A DNA stretch of 64,000 bases from Sphingomonas sp. (GTDB lineage Bacteria > Pseudomonadota > Alphaproteobacteria > Sphingomonadales > Sphingomonadaceae): assembly GCA_039926845.1 (NCBI GenBank), contig JBDSWC010000038.1, positions 10,964 through 74,963 of the forward strand, in the 5' to 3' direction. A program made the translations under genes and the position numbers. The notes below the pieces were generated by a model. The model saw only the letters and a list, made by a program, of their open reading frames with translations, was not told the origin of the DNA and searched no databases. Of this stretch, positions 1-9,319 are shown piece by piece. The stretch's first letter is position 1. Each line of letters begins with the position of its first letter.

Positions 1-2644
1 CGGGATCAAGGCGACGGGGCGCGGGCGGCTCGACGGCGGATTTCGCGGGAAGATTGCGGCGGTCAGCGAGCGTATCGCGAGCGGCGATTGCGCCGCGCAG
101 AGCGCGCGGGCGGTGCTTGCGGTCGATATCCGGCAGGATGCGATCCGGTTGACCGGGCCGGTGCGCGCCGATGCGGCAGCGTGCGCCGGCAGCGACGCCA
201 GCGGCCTGCGCGCGGATATGGACGTATCGGTCGCGTCGGCGTTCGACCGCTGGTACGGCGCGGCGCGGCTGGTCGCGGACAGCGTCCGCGCGCACTCGCT
301 GACGATGGCGGGGATGTCGGGCGACCTGCGCTTCGCCGGCACCGCCCAATCGGTGCAGGGCAAGGCGACGCTGAAGGCCGATCGGCTGGCGGGCGGCGGC
401 ATCGACGGACAAGCTGGGGCGATCGACGGAGCGTTCCGCTACGCCGCCGGCAAGGGCGCGTTCACCGGACAGGCGCGGGTCGGCCGCGCCGCGCTGGACG
501 CGGGAACGCGCGCGTCGTTCGCCACGATCGGCGGCGCGGGTAGTGGCACGCCCGTCGCGCCGCTGACTACGCAACTGGCGCGCGCGCTCGACGCTGCCGC
601 ACGTGATTTCGCGGTGAACGCCGATGTGTCTGCCGCGACCGATGGCGTGCGCGGTAGCGTTAGGGTGACTCGGCTGCTCGCGGTCGCCGAAAGCGGGGCG
701 AGCGTTACGCTGATCAGCGGAGACGGCGCGCAATTTGTCTGGCCGAACGGCGGTGTTACGGTGCGTGGCGAGTTGGTCACCGGCGGTGGCGGCTTGCCCG
801 ACATGCGCGCGACGCTGGCGCAGGCGGTGATCGGCGCGCCGGTAACGGGTGTAGCGACGATCGCGCCGTATGAAGCAGGCAGCGCGCGGCTAGCGCTCGC
901 GCCTGTGACGTTCAGCGCGGGGCTCGACGGCCGCACGCGGATCGCCAGCGTCGCGACGCTGACCGGCCCGCTCGGCAGCGGATCGGTCGAGGCGCTGCGC
1001 GTGCCGATTGCGGCGCAATGGGATGGGCGCGGCAGCCTGGCGGTTAATCCCGGCTGCGTGCTGGTATCGGTCGAGCGGCTTCGCGTTGGCGGCATCGACG
1101 CGCGCGGGACGCGCACCCTGCTATGCCCGATCGACGGCGCGATGGTGCGGGTCGCGGGTGGACGAGTGGGCGGCGGGGCGATGGCGCGTGATCTGCGGCT
1201 CGCGGGAGCGATCGGCAGCAGTCCTTTGGCCCTACGTGCCGGCAGCGCGGTGGTGCGGCTGAGCGAACGGCGGTTCGACCTTACCGACGTCGCGGTGCGC
1301 ATAGGGACGGCCGACCGTGTGACGCGGTTCGATGTCGCGCGGCTCGACGGCGCGTTCGGGCAGATGCTGAGCGGTACATTCGGCGGCGCAGGCGGGCAGA
1401 TCGGCGCCGTGCCGCTGATCTTGTCGGAGGCCGCGGGGACATGGCGGATGGCGGGCGGCAAGCTTCAGGTCGCGGGCGCGTTGGTGGTCAAGGACGCTGC
1501 GGCCGATCCGCGCTTCAATCCGCTGGCCGCCAACCGAGTTGTGCTGACGCTGATCGACAACCGGATCGTCGCAACCGGCGTGCTCGTGGCCACTGATCAT
1601 AACGTGAAGGTTGCCGACGTGACGATCGCGCACGATCTGTCGCGCGGTGCGGGGTCGGCCGACCTCGCCGTCACCGATCTGCGTTTTACCAGGAGTTTCC
1701 AGCCCGACACGCTGACGCCGCTCACCACGGGGGTCGTCGCCGACGTGGCCGGCACCGTGAACGGAGAGGGCCACATTCGCTGGACGCCCGACAGCGTCAC
1801 CAGCGACGGCGTGTTCCGCACGGCCAACACCAACCTCGCCGCCGCGTTCGGCCCGGTCACCGGGCTGTCGGGCGAGATCCGCTTCACCGACCTGCTCGGG
1901 CTGGTGAGCGCGCCGGGGCAAGTCGCGACGGTCAAGTCGATCGACACCGGCATCGCGGTCAGCGACGGGACGATCAGGTATCAATTGCTCGGCCCCAGCC
2001 GGATCGAGCTGACCGAGGCGGTGTGGCCGTTCGCGGGCGGCAGACTCGACCTTGAACCGACGACGTTCGACTTCCTCGATCCGGGCGGTCGGCATCTGAC
2101 GTTCCGGCTGACCGGGGTCGATGCCGCCCAATTCCTGCAGCAGTTCGATTTCAAGAACCTGAACGCGACGGGCATCTTCGACGGCACGCTGCCGATGATC
2201 TTCGACGCGTCGGGCGGGCGGATCGAGAATGGCCGCCTCAAGGTCCGTGCGGGCGGCGGCACGCTGGCCTATGTCGGCGAAGTGTCGAAGGCGAACCTTG
2301 GCACCTGGGGTAATATGGCGTTCGATGCGCTCAAGTCGCTCCGCTACCGTACGCTGGAATTGACGATGAACGGTGCGCTCGCGGGCGAGGTCATCACCGA
2401 AGCCAAGTTCGCCGGGGTCGCGCAAGGCGAAGGCACGAAATCGAACTTCCTGATCCGCCGCATTGCCAAGCTGCCGTTCGTGTTCAACGTCCGAATCCGC
2501 GCGCCCTTCCGCTCGCTGGTCGATTCGGCGACGAGCTTCTACGACCCGCGCCGCCTGATCGAACGCAACTTGCCCGCGCTGATCCGCGAGCAAAACGCCA
2601 GACAACGCCCCGTTCAGCCCCCCGCAAGCGAGAAAGTGCGATGA
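1..2644 (+). CDS. ydbH: YdbH family intermembrane lipid-transport (AsmA-like) protein, 5'-truncated by the window
   Basis: Frame is open from the window start; Gly/Ala-rich beta repeats; C-terminal GIFDGTLP..GGTLAYVG..AFDALKSLRY motif; followed by ynbE and ydbL. Confidence 0.85.
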   Translation, partial: GIKATGRGRLDGGFRGKIAAVSERIASGDCAAQSARAVLAVDIRQDAIRLTGPVRADAAACAGSDASGLRADMDVSVASAFDRWYGAARLVADSVRAHSLTMAGMSGDLRFAGTAQSVQGKATLKADRLAGGGIDGQAGAIDGAFRYAAGKGAFTGQARVGRAALDAGTRASFATIGGAGSGTPVAPLTTQLARALDAAARDFAVNADVSAATDGVRGSVRVTRLLAVAESGASVTLISGDGAQFVWPNGGVTVRGELVTGGGGLPDMRATLAQAVIGAPVTGVATIAPYEAGSARLALAPVTFSAGLDGRTRIASVATLTGPLGSGSVEALRVPIAAQWDGRGSLAVNPGCVLVSVERLRVGGIDARGTRTLLCPIDGAMVRVAGGRVGGGAMARDLRLAGAIGSSPLALRAGSAVVRLSERRFDLTDVAVRIGTADRVTRFDVARLDGAFGQMLSGTFGGAGGQIGAVPLILSEAAGTWRMAGGKLQVAGALVVKDAAADPRFNPLAANRVVLTLIDNRIVATGVLVATDHNVKVADVTIAHDLSRGAGSADLAVTDLRFTRSFQPDTLTPLTTGVVADVAGTVNGEGHIRWTPDSVTSDGVFRTANTNLAAAFGPVTGLSGEIRFTDLLGLVSAPGQVATVKSIDTGIAVSDGTIRYQLLGPSRIELTEAVWPFAGGRLDLEPTTFDFLDPGGRHLTFRLTGVDAAQFLQQFDFKNLNATGIFDGTLPMIFDASGGRIENGRLKVRAGGGTLAYVGEVSKANLGTWGNMAFDALKSLRYRTLELTMNGALAGEVITEAKFAGVAQGEGTKSNFLIRRIAKLPFVFNVRIRAPFRSLVDSATSFYDPRRLIERNLPALIREQNARQRPVQPPASEKVR

Positions 2645-2874
2645 CCGAACCTGGATTGACGAGAAGTGGATTCGACCTGATCAGTCACACGATGCGAGGA
2701 TTGCTCTTGATAGGCGCGGTAAGCGCCACCGGTATGACGGGCGGGTGCGTCAGCGTGACGGCGCCGGACAAGCCGATCGAGATCAATCTGAACATCAACG
2801 TGACGCAACAGGTCGTCTATCGCCTGGATGGCCAGGCGAAGGCGCTGATCGACGAGAATCCGGGGATTTTTTGA
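2641..2874 (+). CDS. ynbE: YnbE family lipoprotein (start may be ATG 2692)
   Basis: Lipobox TGGC followed by APDKPIEINLNINVTQQV..IDENPGIF; ATGA overlap with ydbH. Confidence 0.85.
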   Translation: MTEPGLTRSGFDLISHTMRGLLLIGAVSATGMTGGCVSVTAPDKPIEINLNINVTQQVVYRLDGQAKALIDENPGIF

Positions 2875-3242
2875 TGCGACGGACGATGATTGCCCTGCTC
2901 CTGCTGACCAGCGCCGCCGTGGCGAGCGCGCAGGATCGCGACCCCGCTTATGCCGCTGCACGCGCCAGCGGGCAGGTTGGCGAGCAGCCCGACGGCTATC
3001 TCGGCGTGATCGGCGCGGGCACGCCGGCGCTCAAGGCTTTGGTCGCAAAGATCAACATCCAGCGCAAGGCGGTTTACACGCAGCGCAGCGCCGCCGGCGG
3101 TTCGACGATCGAGGAACTGGCGTTCGTCAGCGGGTGCAATCTGATCGTCAAGACCGTGGCTGGCGAGAAATACCAGACCCCCGACGGCCGCTGGCTTACG
3201 CGCGGAAGCGACGCCCCGACCCGCGACCCGCGCTGCGTCTAA
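2874..3242 (+). CDS. ydbL: YdbL family (DUF1318) periplasmic protein
   Basis: Signal peptide; GQVGEQPDGYLG..INIQRKAVY motif; TGATG overlap with ynbE. Confidence 0.85.
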   Translation: MRRTMIALLLLTSAAVASAQDRDPAYAAARASGQVGEQPDGYLGVIGAGTPALKALVAKINIQRKAVYTQRSAAGGSTIEELAFVSGCNLIVKTVAGEKYQTPDGRWLTRGSDAPTRDPRCV

Positions 3243-3376
3243 AGTCCAACCCCACAACGGTTGACTCGACCCGGCCGCTTTCCTAAACGCGCGCCTAGCA
3301 AACGGGGGCTGCGGCCCTTCCGCTGCCCGATCGTCGCCCGCTTGCCAAAGCGTGGCGGCGTTTCTTTATCAGGATT

Positions 3377-3685
3377 TTGAACGCGTTGGCCGACGACCGC
3401 CAGAACGATGACCTTGACCGCCGGATCGCGGATGCCAAGGCACAAATCGACAAGCCGGTGACCTCTGCGGAGGGCGCCGCGGAAAGCCGCGGCTGGGCGA
3501 TTGGCATCGAATTCGTCGGCGTCATCCTGGTATCGACCTTCATCGGCTATGCGATCGACAAATGGTCGGGGCTCAACACCGCGCCCTGGGCGATGATCTT
3601 CATGCTTATTCTCGGCTTCATCGCGGGCGTCTATCGCGCGATGAAGACCTCTGCGTCGTTCGACGCCAACGACACCAGCAAGTAA
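3377..3685 (+). CDS. atpI: ATP synthase protein I (AtpZ/AtpI); start uncertain
   Basis: IEFVGVILV..IGYAIDKW..PWAMI motif; first gene of the F0 operon. Confidence 0.85.
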   Translation: MNALADDRQNDDLDRRIADAKAQIDKPVTSAEGAAESRGWAIGIEFVGVILVSTFIGYAIDKWSGLNTAPWAMIFMLILGFIAGVYRAMKTSASFDANDTSK

Positions 3686-3694
3686 GGACCGACG

Positions 3695-4456
3695 ATGGCC
3701 GGCCCCATGGAACAGTTTGCGATCAAGGTGCTTCATCCGTTCAAGCCGGAGGTCGGCGGACGGATCTATGACCTGTCGTTCACCAATTCGTCGCTGTGGA
3801 TGGCGATCGCGCTCGGCTTCGTTGCGATCTTCCTGTTCGTCGGCACTGCCCGACCGCAGCTGGTGCCCCATCGCTGGCAGGCCGCGGTCGAATATGTCTA
3901 TGATTTCGTTCGAAAGATGCTCGACGAAAATGTCGGGCCGGAAGGACGCCGGTTCGCGCCGCTGATTTTCTCTCTGTTCATTTTCGTGCTCGCCTGCAAC
4001 CTTTTGGGGCTGATCCCCTGGGTCGGCGCGTTCACGCCAACCAGCCATATCGCCGTGACCCTGGGTCTCGCGGTGCTGGTGTTCGCGATCGTCTGCATCG
4101 TCGGCTTTGCGCGGCATGGTTTTCACTTCTTCAGCCTGTTCTGGCCACACGACGCCAATATCTTCCTTGGTGCGTTCGTGTTCGTGATCGAGGTGCTGAG
4201 CTTCCTCAGTCGCCCGTTCACGCTGGCCATCCGACTATTTGCCAACATGACCGCGGGCCATGTGCTGCTCAAAGTATTCGGCACTTTTGTCGTCACGCTT
4301 GGTTCGTTCGGCGCGCTGCCTTATGTGTTCGGGATCGTGCCGCTGGGCGTCAGCGTCGCGTTGTCGGCGCTCGAAGTATTGATCGCGGTGGTCCAGGCTT
4401 ACGTTTTCGCGCTGCTCGCGTCACTCTATCTCAACGATGCGATCAATCTTCATTAA
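3695..4456 (+). CDS. atpB: F0F1 ATP synthase subunit a
   Basis: RPFTLAIRLFANMTAGH and QAYVF motifs. Confidence 0.97.
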   Translation: MAGPMEQFAIKVLHPFKPEVGGRIYDLSFTNSSLWMAIALGFVAIFLFVGTARPQLVPHRWQAAVEYVYDFVRKMLDENVGPEGRRFAPLIFSLFIFVLACNLLGLIPWVGAFTPTSHIAVTLGLAVLVFAIVCIVGFARHGFHFFSLFWPHDANIFLGAFVFVIEVLSFLSRPFTLAIRLFANMTAGHVLLKVFGTFVVTLGSFGALPYVFGIVPLGVSVALSALEVLIAVVQAYVFALLASLYLNDAINLH

Positions 4457-4490
4457 TTCGCTCAACTACTTAAAACGAAAGGTTATTATC

Positions 4491-4715
4491 ATGGACGTTG
4501 GTTCGGCAAAGGTTATCGGTGCAGGTCTGGCCGCGATTGGTGCGGGTCTCGCTGCTATCGGCGTGGGCAACATCTTCGGTCAGTATCTCAACGGTGCGGT
4601 CCGCAATCCTGAGGCTGATGCCAAGATGGGCGGCCGCCTGATCTTCGGTTTCGCCGTGACCGAGGCGCTCGGCCTGATCGCCGCCGTCGTCGCGCTGGCG
4701 CTCGCGTTCTCGTAA
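4491..4715 (+). CDS. atpE: F0F1 ATP synthase subunit c
   Basis: Gly-rich first helix, RNP loop, proton-binding Glu in VTEALG; GAAAGG SD upstream of ATG 4491. Confidence 0.96.
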   Translation: MDVGSAKVIGAGLAAIGAGLAAIGVGNIFGQYLNGAVRNPEADAKMGGRLIFGFAVTEALGLIAAVVALALAFS

Positions 4716-4746
4716 GAGAAATAGGAGCTAACCGAAACGGACGGTC

Positions 4747-5229
4747 ATGCCTCAGTTCCAACTCGCCAACTTCCTGCCCCAGATGGTGTGGCTCGCGATC
4801 TTCTTTGCGATCCTTTACTTCGGGATCGTCCGCATCACGCTGCCCAAGGTCGGCCGCGTGATGCAGGCGCGCGAGGATCAGGTGTCGGGCGACGTCGCCA
4901 CCGCTGAACAGGCGAAGGCGCAAGCCGATCGCATGGCCGCCGATTATGACGCCGGTGTCGCCTCGGCGCAGGACGCGGCGCGATCACGGCTGGGCGATGC
5001 CCGCGCCGCTGCCGCGACGGCGCTCGAGGCGAAGCTGAAGAAGTCGAACGACGCACTCGCGGTCAAATCGGCCACAGCGCAGGCCGCGCTCGACGCCGCG
5101 CGTGACGCTGCTTTCGGCCAGATCGAAAGCGTTGCCGCTGATGCCGCCGCTGACATCGTCGAGCGGCTGACCGGCAAGCGCCCGAGCGGCGCCGCCGCCG
5201 CTAAGGCGGCACGGACCGCGCTGGCGTAA
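4747..5229 (+). CDS. F0F1 ATP synthase subunit b'
   Basis: MPQF..PQMVWLAIFF N-terminus plus Ala-rich coiled coil; lies between c and b. Confidence 0.93.
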   Translation: MPQFQLANFLPQMVWLAIFFAILYFGIVRITLPKVGRVMQAREDQVSGDVATAEQAKAQADRMAADYDAGVASAQDAARSRLGDARAAAATALEAKLKKSNDALAVKSATAQAALDAARDAAFGQIESVAADAAADIVERLTGKRPSGAAAAKAARTALA

Positions 5230-5236
5230 GGATGGC

Positions 5237-5803
5237 ATGATGAGCACGACTGGCGCCAAGACCGTCGCTTCGACCGAAGCCAAGGGTATGCCCGAGCATG
5301 AGGAGGGTCCGACCCTGCTCGGCCTCGGTGCCGAAGGTTGGGTCTATGTCGGCCTGACCATCTTCCTGCTGCTCGCGATCTTCGTCGCCAAGGCGCCGAA
5401 GCGGATAACCGACATGCTCGATGCGCGGATCGCGGACACCCGCCGCCAGCTCGACGAAGCCAAGGCAATCCGTGCCGAGGCCGAAGCGCTGCTGGCCGAG
5501 GCGAAGAAGCGTAACGCCGCGAGCGCGGGCGATGCCGCCGCGATCGTCGAGCATGCCGAACAGGAAGCCGCCGCACTCCTGACCAAGGCCGAAGCCGACG
5601 CCGCCGAACTCGTAAAGCGCCGCGGCCAGATGGCCGAGGACAAGATCGCCGCCGCCGAGCGCGCCGCGGTCGCGGAGGTGCGCGCGCGCGCTGCCGACGC
5701 CGCGACCAAGGCCGCCGCGGCGATCATCGCCGACACGCACGGTGCCGGTGCCGACAAGCCGCTGGTCGACAAGGCGATTGCCGGGCTGGGCCGGCTCAAT
5801 TGA
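5237..5803 (+). CDS. atpF: F0F1 ATP synthase subunit b
   Basis: One TM segment then LDARI..LDEAK..AEDKIAAAERAA coiled coil. Confidence 0.93.
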   Translation: MMSTTGAKTVASTEAKGMPEHEEGPTLLGLGAEGWVYVGLTIFLLLAIFVAKAPKRITDMLDARIADTRRQLDEAKAIRAEAEALLAEAKKRNAASAGDAAAIVEHAEQEAAALLTKAEADAAELVKRRGQMAEDKIAAAERAAVAEVRARAADAATKAAAAIIADTHGAGADKPLVDKAIAGLGRLN

Positions 5804-6126
5804 GTGACGGCGCGGTCGCGATCGACATGATCGAACCCGAAGACTGCCAATCGATGACCGAGGTGCGCGCCGGAATCGACGCGCTCGACCTCGAGATCGT
5901 CGACCTGCTCGCGATCCGCTTTCGCTTCATGACCGCCGCCGCGCGAATCAAGGCCGACCGCGGCGCGGTGCGCGACGAGGATCGCAAGGCACAGGTGATC
6001 GCCAACGCCAAGGCAGCGGCCGAGCGCGTCGGCGTGCCGCCCGAGGTCGTCGGCGACCTGTGGGAGCGGCTGGTCGAGGGATCGATCGCCTACGAATTCG
6101 ACCGCTGGGACGAACGCAGGTCATAA
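5800..6126 (+). CDS. Chorismate mutase type II / PchB-like protein (start TTG 5800 or ATG 5827)
   Basis: EVRAGIDALD..LAIRFRFM.AAARIK..VRDEDR motif. Confidence 0.85.
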   Translation: MSDGAVAIDMIEPEDCQSMTEVRAGIDALDLEIVDLLAIRFRFMTAAARIKADRGAVRDEDRKAQVIANAKAAAERVGVPPEVVGDLWERLVEGSIAYEFDRWDERRS

Positions 6127-6188
6127 TTGCCACAATTCGGACGCCAATCGCCGCCAAGAACGGCACGCATCATCTGGAGGGAATGTTC

Positions 6189-6518
6189 ATGAAGAGCCTG
6201 TTCGCCGTCGCGCTGATCGCCATTGCCACGCCCGTTTTGGCGCAGACCGCGCCGGCGCCAGCGCCCGCGCTGACTGTGGCCGTGACCCCAGCCGCCGCGG
6301 CCACCAAGTTCAATCTCGACACGCCGATCGAGACGCTGGTCGCCGATGCTGCCGCCAAGAAGGTGCTCGATACCGACATGGGCGCCGATATCACCACCAA
6401 CCCAAGCTACGACCAGTTCAAGGGCATGAGCTTTAATCAGGTCGCGCCGTACGCGCCGGACAAGCTTCCTGCCGCGCTGCTGACCAAGATCGCCGCCGAT
6501 CTCGCCGCGCTCAAGTAA
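6189..6518 (+). CDS. Small secreted hypothetical protein with Pro/Ala/Thr linker
   Basis: GGAGG SD; signal peptide MKSLFAVALIAIATPVLA; high-GC codon usage. Confidence 0.8.
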   Translation: MKSLFAVALIAIATPVLAQTAPAPAPALTVAVTPAAAATKFNLDTPIETLVADAAAKKVLDTDMGADITTNPSYDQFKGMSFNQVAPYAPDKLPAALLTKIAADLAALK

Positions 6519-6582
6519 GCGCGCGTTTCACGACCCATGATTAGATGATATAAGTCCGCCCTTGGCTATCCGGGGGCGGGTG

Positions 6583-7323
6583 ATGACACGTGGACTCTAT
6601 GCGGTAATCGGCGCGGCGATCTATCTGATCTTCTTCGCAACTTTCCTTTATCTGATCGCGTTCGTCGGCAACATCGCCGTCGTCCCGCGGCTGATCGACT
6701 CGGGTCCGGCGGCACCCGTTGGCGTTGCGCTTGCGATCGACGTGGCGCTGATCGCCTTGTTCGGGGTGCAGCACAGCGTGATGGCGCGGCGCGGGTTCAA
6801 GGCGGCGTGGACGCGGATCGTCCCGCCGGTGCTCGAGCGATCGGGGTATGTGCTTGCCGCCAGCCTGGTGCTGATCGTGCTGTTCGCGTTCTGGCGGCCG
6901 ATCCCGCAGGCGCTGTGGGTCGTGACCAATCCGGTCGGCGTGTATGTGCTCTGGGCGTTGTTCGGACTCGGCTGGGCGATCGTGCTGCTCAGCACGTTCC
7001 TGATCAACCATTTCGAACTGTTCGGGCTCAAGCAGGTCTGGCTCAACCTGACCGGACGGCCCGAGGGCCAGATGAAGTTCCGCACGCCGTTCTTTTACCG
7101 TTTCGTCCGGCATCCGCTCTATTCGGGGTTCATCCTCGCGTTCTGGGCGACCCCGGTGATGACGGTCGGGCATCTGGTGCTGGCGCTGGGAATGACGGTC
7201 TACATCCTGATCGCGATCAGCTATGAGGAGCGCGACCTGGTCGAGACGTTCGGCGACGAATATCGCACCTATCGTCGGGCGACCGGCAAGCTGTTTCCCG
7301 GCATCGGTCGCAGCAAGGCTTAA
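6583..7323 (+). CDS. mddA: Methanethiol S-methyltransferase (ICMT/NnrU-like membrane methyltransferase)
   Basis: LFGVQHSVMAR, STFLINHFELFGLKQV, VRHPLYSGF and EERDLV motifs typical of MddA. Confidence 0.85.
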   Translation: MTRGLYAVIGAAIYLIFFATFLYLIAFVGNIAVVPRLIDSGPAAPVGVALAIDVALIALFGVQHSVMARRGFKAAWTRIVPPVLERSGYVLAASLVLIVLFAFWRPIPQALWVVTNPVGVYVLWALFGLGWAIVLLSTFLINHFELFGLKQVWLNLTGRPEGQMKFRTPFFYRFVRHPLYSGFILAFWATPVMTVGHLVLALGMTVYILIAISYEERDLVETFGDEYRTYRRATGKLFPGIGRSKA

Positions 7324-7355
7324 CGCGGGCGGGCGTTCGCCCTACATCGGAGGCG

Positions 7356-9281
7356 ATGTCCGAACGCACTGCACCGACCCGATTCAACGAGGACAAAGCC
7401 ACCTTCGCCGTTCGCGGCGAAGGAAGCGTGCCCGACCTCGCCGCGGGCGTCGCGGCGATCCGCAACGTGCTCAAGACGCTACCCGCGCGGCCCGGCGTGT
7501 ATCGCATGCAGGATGCGCGCGGGGATGTGCTGTACGTCGGCAAGGCGCGCGCGCTCAAGAACCGCGTGACCAACTATACGCAGGTCGATCGCCTGCCCAA
7601 GCGGCTCCAGCGGATGGTGTCGCAAACGCGGTCGATGACGATCGTCACGACCAACAACGAGGCCGAGGCGCTGTTGCTTGAGGCGCAGCTGATCAAGCGC
7701 TTCCGCCCGGCCTACAACGTGCTGCTGCGCGACGACAAAAGCTTCCCGTTCATCCTGCTGCGCGCCGATCATGATTTCCCGCGCGTCCAGAAGCACCGTG
7801 GCGCGCGGCGCGCGAAGGGCAATTATTACGGTCCGTTCGCGAGCGCCGGGTCGGTGAACAACACGCTCAACGCGTTGCAGAAATTGTTCCTGCTGCGGTC
7901 GTGCACCGACGGCTTCTTCAAGACGCGCGACCGGCCGTGCCTGCTCTATCAGATCAAGCGCTGCTCAGCACCGTGCGTCGACCGCATCTCGCGCGAGGAC
8001 TATGCCGAGTTGGTCGGCGACGCGAAGGACTTCCTCGGCGGCAAATCGACCAAGGTGCAGACCAAGCTCGGCGCGCAGATGCAGGCGGCGGCCGAGAATA
8101 TGGACTTCGAACTCGCCGCGGTGCTGCGCGACCGGCTGAAGGCGCTGACCTTCATTCAGGGCAGCCAGGCGATCAACGCGGAAGGGGTGGGCGACGCCGA
8201 TATCTTCGCGATGGCCAACCGCGACGGCGTGATCGGGATCCAAGCCTTCTTCATCCGCGGCGGCCAGAATTGGGGCCATCGCAGCTTTTTCCCGGCGCAC
8301 ACCAACGACGTGCCCGAGGATGAGGTGATGCTGAGCTTTCTCACCCAATTCTACGAGGAAGTCCCGCCCGCGCGGATGGTGCTTCTCGATCGCGAGCTGA
8401 GCGAAGGCGAGTTGCTCGTCGAGGCGCTGTGCGAGCGCAACGGCTATAAGGTTGCGCTGTCCGTGCCCCAGCGCGGCGACCGTCGGCGGCTGATGGAGCA
8501 GGCCAAACGCAACGCCGTCGAGGCGCTCGACCGGCGGTTGGCAGAAAGCACGACGCAGGCGAAGTTGCTGCGCGAAGTCGCCGATCTGTTCGAGCTGCCC
8601 GAACCGCCCGACCGCATCGAAGTCTACGACAACAGCCACATCCAGGGCACCGCCGCGCTCGGCGCGATGGTCGTCGCGGGGCCGGAGGGGTTCCGCAAGG
8701 GGCAGTATCGCAAGTTCAATATCCGCAACAAGGACACCGTCCCCGGCGACGACTTCGCGATGATGCGCGAGGTGTTCCAGCGTCGCTTCGCCCGCGCGCA
8801 GGCCGAGGATCCCGATCGCGACGCGGGCGACTGGCCCGACCTCGTGCTGATCGACGGCGGGCGCGGGCAGCTCAACGCGGCGAAGGGCGTGCTCGAGGAT
8901 ATGGGGATCGAGGACGTCTGCCTGGTCGGTGTCGCCAAGGGGCCGGATCACGGGCGAGAGGGGCGCGAAGTGTTCCACTTGATGGACGGCCGCGACTTCA
9001 CGCTGCCGACCAACGCGCCGGTGCTGTTTTATCTTCAGCGGCTACGCGACGAAGTCCACCGCTTCGCGATCGGCGCGCACCGCGACAAGCGTGCCAAAGC
9101 GATCGGCGCGAGCCCGCTCGACGAAGTACCGGGGATCGGCCCGGCCCGGAAGAAAGCGCTGCTGATGCACTTCGGCACCGCGCGGTCGGTGCGCGGCGCG
9201 AGTCTGGAGGATCTGCAGAAGGCGCCGGGGGTGAGCGCGGCAGTTGCGCAGCAGGTCTACGATTTCTACCACTCGCGGTGA
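7356..9281 (+). CDS. uvrC: Excinuclease ABC subunit C
   Basis: GIY-YIG (PGVYRM..LYVGKA), RIEVYDNSH, DGGRGQ, C-terminal HhH. Confidence 0.98.
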   Translation: MSERTAPTRFNEDKATFAVRGEGSVPDLAAGVAAIRNVLKTLPARPGVYRMQDARGDVLYVGKARALKNRVTNYTQVDRLPKRLQRMVSQTRSMTIVTTNNEAEALLLEAQLIKRFRPAYNVLLRDDKSFPFILLRADHDFPRVQKHRGARRAKGNYYGPFASAGSVNNTLNALQKLFLLRSCTDGFFKTRDRPCLLYQIKRCSAPCVDRISREDYAELVGDAKDFLGGKSTKVQTKLGAQMQAAAENMDFELAAVLRDRLKALTFIQGSQAINAEGVGDADIFAMANRDGVIGIQAFFIRGGQNWGHRSFFPAHTNDVPEDEVMLSFLTQFYEEVPPARMVLLDRELSEGELLVEALCERNGYKVALSVPQRGDRRRLMEQAKRNAVEALDRRLAESTTQAKLLREVADLFELPEPPDRIEVYDNSHIQGTAALGAMVVAGPEGFRKGQYRKFNIRNKDTVPGDDFAMMREVFQRRFARAQAEDPDRDAGDWPDLVLIDGGRGQLNAAKGVLEDMGIEDVCLVGVAKGPDHGREGREVFHLMDGRDFTLPTNAPVLFYLQRLRDEVHRFAIGAHRDKRAKAIGASPLDEVPGIGPARKKALLMHFGTARSVRGASLEDLQKAPGVSAAVAQQVYDFYHSR

Positions 9282-9319
9282 CAACCTAATCTTCACCCAC
9301 AACCGGCTATCACGCCCGC

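Noticed and set aside
1232-2605. 457-aa minus-strand ORF and similar shadow ORFs throughout the track
   Set aside because: They overlap well-supported genes on the opposite strand or in other frames, with typical shadow composition
4491-4715. GAGLAAI tandem repeat or Na+-specific c subunit
   Set aside because: The repeat is the normal Gly-rich packing helix; the Glu is followed by Ala, not the Ser/Thr of Na+-binding c rings
6536-6556. AT-rich patch upstream of mddA as an operator
   Set aside because: No convincing palindrome and no adjacent regulator; probably just promoter sequence
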